DNA of 51,784 nt from Nemertoderma westbladi. Lineage: Eukaryota > Animalia > Xenacoelomorpha. Both the position numbers and the translations under genes were made by a program. Under the pieces are notes generated by a model that had not been told where the DNA came from, ran no database searches, and saw only the letters and a program-made list of their open reading frames with translations. The stretch is from assembly GCA_032718475.1 (NCBI GenBank), contig JAUCBJ010008217.1, positions 1 to 51,784 on the forward strand, read 5' to 3'. Positions 11,232 to 22,100 of this stretch are shown in pieces; the stretch's first letter is position 1; every line of letters starts with the position of its first letter.

Positions 11232-11565
11232 ACATCTCGCAGTGAGAATGGTATCTCGCTGCGAGAATGGCATCTCGCTGCGAGAATGGCATCTCGCTGC
11301 GAGAATGACATCTCGCTGCGAGAATGACATCTCGCTGCGAGAATGACATCTCGCTGCGAGTATGACATCTCGCTGCGAGAATGACATCTCGCTGCGAGAA
11401 TGACATCTCGCTGCGAGAATGACATCTCGCTGCGAGAATGACATCTCGCTGCGAGAATGACATCTCGCAGCAAGATTCTCGCAGCGAGAACACATTCTCG
11501 GTGCGAGAAGTCAATCTCGCTGCGAGAATGTATTCTCGCAACGAGATTCTCGCAGCGAGAATGGC
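11232..11565 (-). repeat. Right subterminal array of IS3EU: inverted 19-bp unit
   Basis: CATCTCGCTGCGAGAATGA repeats, the reverse complement of the left array, more degenerate toward the TIR. Confidence 0.93.
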
Positions 11566-12173
11566 ATGTGCATTTGACCAGAACGGCGCCCCATAAGCAG
11601 GTACGGTACTGTGCATTTTGATACGGATATCAATATAACTGAATACTGGAATAATATAATACCCTCATTATTTATCGATGCCAGGATTTATTATTTTCAC
11701 TGAGTGCATTGTTGAGTTGTGGGAGGTTTAGTTGCCTACTAATTCCACTAACAGACGCAGACAGGAGACAGACAGACAAACAGACAGACAACTTGATATA
11801 ATACTATCTACCTTACCTACAGTATAATAAAACTTACTAAAACCTATATCATTATACTGCTGTATTGATATGGTAATCTTGATATTTAATTGCAATGACT
11901 TACTGGTATCATACCATTACATCTGTACATTGCTAATTCTGATAACAGACAATGGACAGACAGACAAAAAACAGACAACTAAGATAATACTACAGTCTAA
12001 TATCTGAATATAAGTAGGCAACTTACATTCCTAAACCAGTCTGCCAGTACAGTAGCCTATCATTTTAAAGGTAACCACTGGATATTGAATCGCAGTGCCT
12101 TCTCATTTACATGAGGTCAAAATTGACCTCAAAGGAATCAAATGTTTGAGAAATGAAGGGGAACACAAGGGTT

Positions 12174-15100
12174 AAGGATAGGGGGACAGACACGGTGGTG
12201 GTGTCTGTACTTACATTCGATGTGATTTAGCTTTTAATCGTAGGGAAGATTTAGAGACTTCTGGACTTGTGACGAAGTTTTACTGGTGGAACTTTTACTT
12301 CCTAAAACTAAACCTATTTTAATCGGTACTTTATATCGGCCCCCTAAACAATCAGATTTTTTGCAAAATTTTGAAAATACAATTTTATGTAATCTTAGGT
12401 CAGACTGTGAAATATATTTCTTAGGTGATTTTAATATCTGTTACCATCACAAAGCATCCCCCATCTGCAAACAGTACCAAAGTATTTTAAATTTGTTTGG
12501 TTTAAAACAAATTATTCGAGATTCTACCAGAATTACCAGTAAAACTTCTACTTTACTAGATCACATCCTTTGTAATAATACCGATATTATTTCTCAATCT
12601 GGGGTTTTACCTATAGGTCTAAGCGATCATTTTATAGTTTTTTGCACAAGAAAGACACAAAAATCTTTTTTCGGGGATCATAAAACAGTAACAGTTAGGT
12701 CTATGAAAAATTACAGCAAGGAACGCTTTTTAAGTTTGTTAGTTAATTCTGACTGGGAACCCTGTTTTAAGGCCGCTGACATTAACCTTGCGTACACTGT
12801 TTTTAAAGATATATTTTTAAAGGCACTTAATACAGTAGCACCAATTAAAGAAATTAGTCTTAAACAACGCACTGAGCCCTGGATGACCTCGGGTATTCTT
12901 AGTAATATCAGAGAAAGAGATAACTATTTGTATAAATTTAGGAAATACCGTGTTTTAGCTGATTATAATAATTACTGCAAATATAGAAACCTTGTCCAAC
13001 GGGAAATAAAAAAAGCTAAATCTGAATATTTGTACAACAAAATAAGTGAGAATAAAGATAATCCTAAAAGTCTATGGTCTACCCTAAAATCTTTAGGTTA
13101 TAAAAACCTTAAATCTAAATCGAATATTGTTCTGCAAGATAACGGTGAACTGATTCATGATCATACTCTAGTTAGTAATTTATTTAATAATTATTTTACT
13201 AATGTTGCCTCTAATTTAGTTAAGAAATTACCGTTATCAAGTAATAAATATAGTATAGGGTCCGAAACTCTAAATAATTTTTATTTAGAAAAGTTACAAA
13301 ATTCAGAAAAGTTATTTTTAAAACCCGTTTCTGAGGATTTCGTTTTTAAAAATCTACTTAGCCTATCAGCCTCAAAAAGTACCGGTCTAGATCTAATACC
13401 TGCCCGTTTTCTTAAGGATGGTGCTGAAGTACTTAAAGTGCCTATTACTTTTATTATTAATTACTCTATCGTAGATAATGTAGTACCAGACGAACTGAAA
13501 TTAGCTAAGGTTGTTCCTCTGTATAAAAAGAATAGTAAAGTAGAACCCTGTAATTACAGACCTGTTAGTATCTTAAGTATTGTATCTAAAATTCTAGAAC
13601 GTTCTGTTTTTCTACAGCTGGAGGCACATCTTAGTAGGCTAAATCTGATCTATGAACTTCAGTCCGGTTTTCGTAAATCATATTCTACAGACACCTGCCT
13701 TATTAACTTAACTGATACAATTAGATGTAATAACGCAAAGGGTTTATATACTGGTATGGTAATGTTGGACCTACAAAAGGCTTTCGATACTGTAGATCAC
13801 GAAATTCTGCTTGGTAAGTTAGGCCTGATGGGTGTAGGTTCTATAGACTGGTTCAAGTCCTACCTGTCAGACAGAGGTCAAACTGTAGTCATTAGCAAAT
13901 CGCTGTCTACTGTACAAGAGATTACCTGTGGTGTACCGCAAGGTAGTATATTAGGTCCTCTGCTTTTTGTATGCTATGTAAATGATATGATAAGTAGTAT
14001 AGATCCCGATTTTAAACTCATTTTATATGCCGACGACAGTGCTCTTATTTTCTCTCATAAAGATCCTATCCATATTTCCCAAAAGTTAAGTGCAGTTCTA
14101 GAATCCTGTAATGAGTGGTTGGTTGATAATAAGCTATCCATTCACTACGGTAAAACTGAAAGTATTTTGTTTGGTTCCAAAAGAAAGTTAAAGAAGGTAA
14201 CTAAGTTTGAAGTCACTAGTAATGGACATAAGATTGAAAATAAAAAGGAAGTTAAATATTTAGGCGCCACATTGGATAACTGCTTATCAGGAGAAAGTAC
14301 AGTGAAAAATATTTTCTCGAAAGTTAACAGTAGGCTTAGGTTTCTATACAGAAATAAAAATAGTTTAAACACCGACTCCCGCAAGTTACTTTGCTCTTCT
14401 TTAATACAGTGTCATATGGACTATGCGTGCTCTTCTTGGTATGAAGGCTTAACCAAACAGCTTAAATGTAAATTACAAGTAGCTCAGAATAAAGTAGTAC
14501 GATTTATTAAAGACTACAAACCTAGGCACCACCTAACTCCAGATGACTTTTCTGAATCTGGACTACTTAACTTAGATAGTAGAGTTAAGCAGCTACGCCT
14601 TAACCATGTGCATAAAGTGTATAATGGTAAATGTCCCAATTACCTAAAACAAAAATTCAACAGAGTACGCGATACACACTCTTACAGTACCAGAGCTAGT
14701 GCTTCAAACTTCTACCTCCCGAATTGTAAATCCTTTGAATCTGATACTTTCTTTTTTAACGGCATAAAAAATTGGAACGCTCTGCCTAATGAAATTAAAA
14801 ACCTAAATAATCAACATTCTTTTAAATCTGCAGTTAAATCTCATCTCCGTGTGCAATGTAAAAATAGGTACAATAGTCCTACAGTAAGTTATTAGTTTAT
14901 TAATTATTTACTATTTATACTGTAATTACGTTTTATAATAAATTGTTCTGTACATTACATCTTTATCGTTGAGTCGGACATTGTCACGCTCTCGGTAAAG
15001 TTGTACATGTACATAATGTAATTACGTTTTATATTGGTTTTGGGTTAGCGTAGTGTAATATTGTATTTGTAACCAAGTAACATAAAGGACCCCCTTGGAA

Positions 15101-15227
15101 ATAAGCTGCAAAGCTTTAGGGGTAATCCTATATGTTATGTTGGACAATACCTTTATACCGGTACATTGTTTGGTGTATTTGTTATTGTTTTTACATAATG
15201 TATAAATAAATTTATCTATTATCTTTA
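12174..15227 (+). mobile_element. 5'-truncated non-LTR retrotransposon of the CR1/L2 group (Crack/Daphne-like)
   Basis: Starts within the APE endonuclease (KDR..DRHGGGVCTYIR, frameshifted relative to the main ORF), long EN-RT ORF, 3' UTR with a GGACCCC...GGGGTAATCC stem-loop-like motif (~15088-15129), AATAAA and a short TATCT tail. Confidence 0.88.
12286..14895 (+). CDS. LINE ORF2 endonuclease/reverse transcriptase (N-terminally truncated)
   Basis: YRPP, GDFN, LDHI, SDH (APE); [45 protein letters not shown] (RT); C-terminal HSYSTR...WNALP. Confidence 0.93.
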   Translation: MELLLPKTKPILIGTLYRPPKQSDFLQNFENTILCNLRSDCEIYFLGDFNICYHHKASPICKQYQSILNLFGLKQIIRDSTRITSKTSTLLDHILCNNTDIISQSGVLPIGLSDHFIVFCTRKTQKSFFGDHKTVTVRSMKNYSKERFLSLLVNSDWEPCFKAADINLAYTVFKDIFLKALNTVAPIKEISLKQRTEPWMTSGILSNIRERDNYLYKFRKYRVLADYNNYCKYRNLVQREIKKAKSEYLYNKISENKDNPKSLWSTLKSLGYKNLKSKSNIVLQDNGELIHDHTLVSNLFNNYFTNVASNLVKKLPLSSNKYSIGSETLNNFYLEKLQNSEKLFLKPVSEDFVFKNLLSLSASKSTGLDLIPARFLKDGAEVLKVPITFIINYSIVDNVVPDELKLAKVVPLYKKNSKVEPCNYRPVSILSIVSKILERSVFLQLEAHLSRLNLIYELQSGFRKSYSTDTCLINLTDTIRCNNAKGLYTGMVMLDLQKAFDTVDHEILLGKLGLMGVGSIDWFKSYLSDRGQTVVISKSLSTVQEITCGVPQGSILGPLLFVCYVNDMISSIDPDFKLILYADDSALIFSHKDPIHISQKLSAVLESCNEWLVDNKLSIHYGKTESILFGSKRKLKKVTKFEVTSNGHKIENKKEVKYLGATLDNCLSGESTVKNIFSKVNSRLRFLYRNKNSLNTDSRKLLCSSLIQCHMDYACSSWYEGLTKQLKCKLQVAQNKVVRFIKDYKPRHHLTPDDFSESGLLNLDSRVKQLRLNHVHKVYNGKCPNYLKQKFNRVRDTHSYSTRASASNFYLPNCKSFESDTFFFNGIKNWNALPNEIKNLNNQHSFKSAVKSHLRVQCKNRYNSPTVSY

Positions 15228-15936
15228 TTTGGTGTGATTAGTTGTGATTTGGTGTGATTTGTTGTGATTTGGTGTGATGTGTTGTGATTTGGTCTGATTT
15301 GGTGTGATTAGGTGTGTTTGTTGTGATTTGGGTGTTTAGACGGACCCGCCACGGCTTATTAGGCATATTGAAATTGAACGCTGAACTAAACTAAGCGTTA
15401 TGATAAGACCATCTCGCTAAAAGTCATGTAAAAACAAAATAAATCCTGAGTTAATTTCAAATAACGACATTAAATAATTATTTTAGGCCTACCTGTGTAC
15501 CGCCGTATGTTATCGTTCATTCACATTCTACCCAACGTACTGTACTTACAGCGGGTAGTTATTTATTGTTTTCATCTTAATAAGTGCCAAAAAATCAAAA
15601 AGACTATTTCAGCACAATAATAACTCATCTTGTGCATCTGTCCAATAAAGCACCCTGATGATATAAGGGATGGAGGAGGGTAGGGGGTGGGGGCGCCAGA
15701 AAAGCTCGCTACGAATCTGATTGCATCTTATTGTTTGTGGTGAGCAGTGCAGTGATCGGTAATTAGTAAAAAATAAAATAATGGATAGGAGTTAAAGACA
15801 ATAAGAGTGCCCCTAAACAGGAGGGTTTCCGAGTAAAAATCAGTTGCTTCTATTAAAAACTATTGAATATTATTATTATTTTAGAATAATATAAAAATAT
15901 AAATTTATCGTAAAATTTAATGCTTCAAATTCAGTA

Positions 15937-16175
15937 TCAAGGAACCACATTAATTCGTATATCAACATAAATTAAATCATCTTGATTGTCACCGGTTTCA
16001 TCCGCACCCAATTCGACCAGTTTAGCAGCAGATCTTCCAGTCCAATTATCGCAGGGCACGTCAGCGACAATCAAACTTTCTCTAAGAGAGTCAAACTGTA
16101 TGCGCCCCCTAGTGTCCGGTGTAAGAAGTGAAATAACATTAACCAGGTCGGGAGTACCACCGCCAGATATAAATC
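15937..16175 (-). CDS. Spectraplakin-like terminal coding exon t (phase 1 to stop): degenerate EF-hand 2 and short tail
   Basis: ttgtttacag|GATTTA...CCTTGA; phase matches exon s; LTPDTRGRIQFDSLRESL sits where EF-hand 2 is expected. Confidence 0.72.
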
Positions 16176-19100
16176 CTGTAAACAAAAACATCAAGTTACG
16201 AATGGATATTCCCGGCCGAACGTTCAGCGCTGGTGGCTGAATCAAGGTTGTTTTCATACCCTCAATAATGTCCGATTTAACTTCATAAATAACATTGATT
16301 GATATTTTTTCAATTTTTTATAAAATTAGAAATAATTTGGAGACCGACTCTTCGGGACTAACCTGTTATTCCCACAATTCATCGGGACTATCCTGAATTC
16401 CCACGACTCTTCGGGATTAACCTGTATTCCCACGACTCTTCGGTACTAACCTGTATTCCCACGACTCTTCGGGACTAACCTGTATTCCCACGTGACTCTT
16501 TGGTACTAACAGGTATTCCCACGACTCATCGGGACTAACCTGTATTCCACGACTCTTCGGTACTAACCTGTATTCCATGACTCTTCGGTACTAACCTGTA
16601 TTCCCACGTGACTCTTTGGTACTAACAGGTATTCCCACGACTCATCGGGACTAACCTGTATTCCACGACTCTTCGGTACTAACCTGTATTCCACGACTCT
16701 TCGGTACTAACCTGTATTCCCACGACTCTTCGGTACTAACCTGTATTCCCACGTGACTCTTTGGTACTAACAGGTATTCCCACGACTCATCGGGACTAAC
16801 CTGTATTCCACGACTCTTCGGTACTAACGACTAACCTGTATTCCCACGCGACTCTTCGGTACTAACCTGTATTCCCACGCGACTCTTCGGTACTAACAGG
16901 TATTCCCACGACTCTTCGGTACTAACCTGTATTCCCCACGACTCTTCGGGACTAACCTATATTCCCACGACTAATCGGGACTAACCTGTATTCCCACAAC
17001 TCTTCGGGACTAACCTGTATTCCCACGCGACCCTTTGGTACTAACCTGTATTCCCACGCAACTTTCGGTACTAACAGGTATTCCCACGACTCATCGGGAC
17101 TAACCTGTATTCCCACGACTCTTCGGGACTAACCTGTATTCCCATGCGACTCTTCGGTACTAACCTGTATTCCCACGTGACTCTTTGGTACTAACCTGTA
17201 TTCCCATGACTCTTCGGGACTATCCTGTGTTCCCACGACTCTTCAGGACTAAACTGTATTCCCACGCGACTCTTTGGTACTAACATGTATTCCCACGACT
17301 ATTCAGGACTAACATGTATTCCCACGACTCATCGGGACTAACCTGTATTCCCACGCGACTCTTCGGTACTAACAGGTATTCCTACGACTCATCGGGACTA
17401 ACCTGTATTCCCATGCGACCCTTCGGTACTAACCTGTATTCCCACGCAACTTTCGGTACTAACAGGTATTCCCACGACTCATCGGGACTAACCTGTATTC
17501 CACGACTCTTCGGGATTAACCTGTATTCCCACGACTCTTCGGGACTAACCTGTATTCCCATGCGACTCTTCGGTACTAACCTGTATTCCCACGTGACTCT
17601 TTGGTACTAACCTGTATTCCCATGACTCTTCGGGACTATCCTGTATTTCCACGACTCTTCAGGACTAACCTGTATTCCCACGCGACTCTTTGGTACTAAC
17701 ATGTATTCCCACGACTATTCGGGACTAACATGTATTCCCACGACTCATCGGGACTAACCTGTATTCCCACGCGACTCTTCGGTACTAACAGGTATTCCCA
17801 CGACTCATCGGGACTAACCTGTATTCCACGACTCTTCGGTACTAACCTGTATTCCACGACTCTTCGGTACTAACCTGTATTCCCACGACTCTTCGGTACT
17901 AACCTGTATTCCCACGTGACTCTTTGGTACTAACAGGTATTCCCACGACTCATCGGGACTAACCTGTATTCCACGACTCTTCGGGACTAACATGTATTCC
18001 CACGACTCATCGGGACTAACCTGTATTCCCACGCGACTCTTCGGTACTAACAGGTATTCCCACGACTCATCGGGACTATCCTGTATTCCACGACTCTTCG
18101 GTACTAACATGTATTCCCACAACTCATCGGGACTAACCTGTATTCCCACGACTCTTCGGGACTAACCTGTATTCCCATGCGACTCTTCAGGACTAACCTG
18201 TATTCCACGACTCTTCGGTACTAACATGTATTCCCACGACTCATCGGGACTAACCTGTATTCCCACGCGACTCTTCGGTACTAACAGGTATTCCCATGAC
18301 TCATCGGGACTAACCTGTATTCCACAACTCTTCGGTACTAACCTGTATTCCACGACTCTTCGGTACTAACCTGTATTCCCACGACTCTTCGGTACTAACC
18401 TGTATTCCCACGACTCTTCGGTACTAACCTGTATTCCCACGAGACTCTTTGGTACTAACAGGTATTCCCACGACTCATCGGGACTAACCTGTATTCCACG
18501 ACTCTTCGGTACTAACGACTAACCTGTATTCCCACGCGACTCTTCGGTACTAACCTGTATTCCCACGCGACTCTTCGGTACTAACAGGTATTCCCACGAC
18601 TCTTCGGTACTAACCTGTATTCCCCACGACTCTTCGGGACTAACCTATATTCCCACGACTAATCGGGACTAACCTGTATTCCCACAACTCTTCGGGACTA
18701 ACCTGTATTCCCACGCGACCCTTTGGTACTAACCTGTATTCCCACGCAACTTTCGGTACTAACAGGTATTCCCACGACTCATCGGGACTAACCTGTATTC
18801 CCACGACTCTTCGGGACTAACCTGTATTCCCATGCGACTCTTCGGTACTAACCTGTATTCCCACGTGACTCTTTGGTACTAACCTGTATTCCCATGACTC
18901 TTCGGGACTATCCTGTGTTCCCACGACTCTTCAGGACTAAACTGTATTCCCACGCGACTCTTTGGTACTAACATGTATTCCCACGACTATTCAGGACTAA
19001 CATGTATTCCCACGACTCATCGGGACTAACCTGTATTCCCACGCGACTCTTCGGTACTAACAGGTATTCCTACGACTCATCGGGACTAACCTGTATTCCC

Positions 19101-22100
19101 ATGCGACCCTTCGGTACTAACCTGTATTCCCACGCAACTTTCGGTACTAACAGGTATTCCCACGACTCATCGGGACTAACCTGTATTCCCACGCGACTCT
19201 TCGGTACTAACAGGTATTCCCACGACTCATCGGGACTAACCTGTATTCCACGACTCTTCGGTACTAACCTGTATTCCACGACTCATCGGGACTAACCTGT
19301 ATTCCCACGCGACTCTTCGGTACTAACCTGTATTCCCACGACTATTCGGGACTAACATGTATTCCCACGACTCATCGGGACTAACCTGTATTCCACGACT
19401 CTTCGGTACTAACATGTATTCCCACGACTCATCGGGACTAACCTGTATTCCCACGCGACTCTTCGGTACTAACAGGTATTCCCACGACTCATCGGGACTA
19501 ACCTGTATTCCACGACTCTTCGGTACTAACATGTATTCCCACGACTCATCAGGACTAACCTGTATTCCCACGCGACTCTTATGTACTAACAGGTATTCCC
19601 ACGACTCATCGGGACTAACCTGTATTCCACGACTCTTCGGTACTAACCTGTATTCCCACGACTCTTCGGTACTAACCTGTATTCCACGACTCTTCGGTAC
19701 TAACCTGTATTCCCACGACTCTTTGGTACTAACCTGTATTCCCACGACTCTTCGGTACTAACCTGTATTCCCACTACTCTTTGTTACTAACCTGTATTCC
19801 CACGACTCTTCGGGACTAACCTGTTTTCCCATGCGACTCTTCGGTACTAACCTGTATTCCCACGACTCTTCGGTACTAACCTGTATTCCTACGACTCTTC
19901 GGTACTAACCTGTATTCCCATGACTCTTCGGGACTATCCTGTGTTCCCATGCGACTCTTCGGTACTAACCTGTATTCCCACGACTCTTCGGTACTAACCT
20001 GTATTCCCAAGACTCTTCGGTACTAACCTGTATTCCCATGGCTCTTCACTCTTCGGGACTAACCTGTATTCCCACAACTCTTCCTCTTCGGGACTAACCT
20101 GTATTCCCACGACTCTTCGGTACTAACCTGTATTCCCACTACTCTTTGGTACTAACCTGTATTCCCACGACTCTTCGGGAGTAACCTGTTATCCCGTGCG
20201 ACTCTTCGGGACTAACCTGTTTTCCCATACGACTCTTCTGTACTAACAGGTATTCCCACGACTCATCAGGACTAACCTGTATTCCCACGACTCTTCGGGA
20301 CTAACCTGTTTTCCCATGCGACTCTTCTGTACTAACAGGTATTCCCACGACTCATCAGGACTAACCTGTATTCCCACGACTCTTAGGTACTTACCTGTAT
20401 TCCCATGACTCTTCGGTACTAACCTGTATTCCCACTACTCTTTGGTACTAACCTGTTTTCCCACGCGACTCTTCGGGACTAACCTGTATTCCCAAACATT
20501 TGCTGCAGTTCCAATATACCAATTTTCCCATCCTTGTTATATATTGTATCCCATTGATCGATTAGCTCACCAATCGTATGCCCGTTGCTATGTATGTGGC
20601 TAAGGAATCTCGTCTCCCAATCGCTCAATGTAAATTTGTTGTCAATAAAGTTAGTATTGAGTCTGTAAAGGGCGTTGTTGAGAAGAGACCTCCTCTGTTG
20701 ATACTTCAACCACAGTTCCTCCCAGAGATTGCACATAAAGACAACACATGGGTTGCTCAAATAGCACTGGACGAACGATTTAGAATTCCTATAATTGTTG
20801 AAATATATACAAATTATTACTATACAATAAAAATAAAACTATTTCAACATTATAGGCCTACTTCTACTACTGTACCATCTCGCTTTAAGTAACAGTTGCA
20901 AAGTTCTTTATTCAATGCAATTTGATTTAATTTATCCTAGCATTTTACCGGTAGGTATTAAAAAACAAAACGCTATTAAACCATTTATAAACTACTCCAA
21001 TGGGATCCAGCCATATAAACTTGCACCAATCACGAATCTGTTTTTGTTGATTAAGTGTAAGGTGCGTAATGCATTCCAAGCATTTGTAAACTATATAGGC
21101 ATCATATAATCTAAAATCATTCAGATTACAGTATATGAAACGCTTTTAAACATGACAAAATTACATCCTAAAACTCTTCCTTATGTCATGTCACATATTT
21201 TCCTTTACTAATTGCTGGTTATTTAACCATAAGTACCGGTAGTTAACTACTAATAATTGTATCGGCTATACTATACTGTTATGGCATACTTTTAGTATTA
21301 AAACCCCATTTTAGTATTAACTCATATTTTTTTTTAAGGAAAATAATTATGTACTCTTATTTTTATATGTGTCATGAATTCTATTGCATTATGTTCTCAT
21401 TTTAAAATGAGTTGAGTACACCATTAATTCGGAAAATCTTGCAATTTTGTAGTCATATTTTAGCCAGAATTTGCGCATCATCTTTGAATAATTGTCACCC
21501 ATCTTCTAGCCAATCGCGAATTTGCGCCTCATCTTTGAAAATATGTCACACATCGTTTAGCCAATCATTGATAAGGCCATTTCCGAATAAGGCCTTATCA
21601 ATATAAGGCAATATTTTCCGAATTAATGGTGTAGGCCCTACTCATTTTAAAATGAGAACATAATTCATTGAATTAGTGACTCTTATAAAAATATGAGTAC
21701 AAAATTGCAAGATTTTCCGAATTAATGATGTACTCATTTTAAAATTTATTTACTAACGCGCTATCATCGCTGAATATATCACTATCCTCCGATGACGTGG
21801 TTGGAAAGACGTTGCCTTGGTTACAACCCGTTAACCTATCAATGTAATGTTCCCGTTGTTTCATAGAACTTTCCATATTACGATGTTCTTCAACTATTAC
21901 ATACATCTGTAATTGTGAAACATTTTTATCTTTATTTCTAATATACAGTAATTATTATTAATGGGATAATATTTTTGGGCTAGTAATCAGCAGCTAGATG
22001 TACCATTATAGATCACTTCACATTACATTTTGCCCCTTCAACGATTTTCTACTCTACATTATGTGCCATCTATCCATTGTTTATGGAATAGAATACAATT

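Larger units (their letters stand above)
8767..11595. mobile_element. IS3EU-superfamily DNA transposon, internally deleted
   Basis: Perfect 31-bp TIR TATGGGGCGCCGTTCTGGTCAAATGCACATG / CATGTGCATTTGACCAGAACGGCGCCCCATA. 6-bp TSD AGCAGG (8761-8766, 11596-11601). TAY..RTA termini, a 6-bp TSD and an IS3/integrase-type transposase fit IS3EU. Confidence 0.85.
8308..12171. mobile_element. Non-autonomous piggyBac-type element (contains the IS3EU insertion)
   Basis: TTAA at 8304-8307 and 12172-12175. Termini CCCTTGTG...CACAAGGG. Subterminal palindrome TGAGGTCAAA(A/T)TTGACCTCA near 8323 (imperfect), 8501 and 12112. Confidence 0.82.
7956..15347. mobile_element. Outer non-autonomous TIR element (MITE) with ~10-bp subterminal repeats, split by nested insertions (own sequence ~7956-8305 and ~15228-15347)
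   Basis: TIR GGTCCGTCTAAACACCCAAATCAC (7957-7980) / GTGATTTGGGTGTTTAGACGGACC (15323-15346). Exact 8-bp TSD GCCACGGC at 7948-7955 and 15348-15355. CAAATCACA repeats lie on the left and inverted TGTGATTTG repeats on the right. Superfamily unresolved. Confidence 0.88.

Noticed and set aside
16345-20494. CRISPR-like array (29-41-bp repeats here and at 37537-41270, 47181-48970)
   Set aside because: Units are head-to-tail with no unique spacers, there are no cas genes, and the context is a eukaryotic intron.
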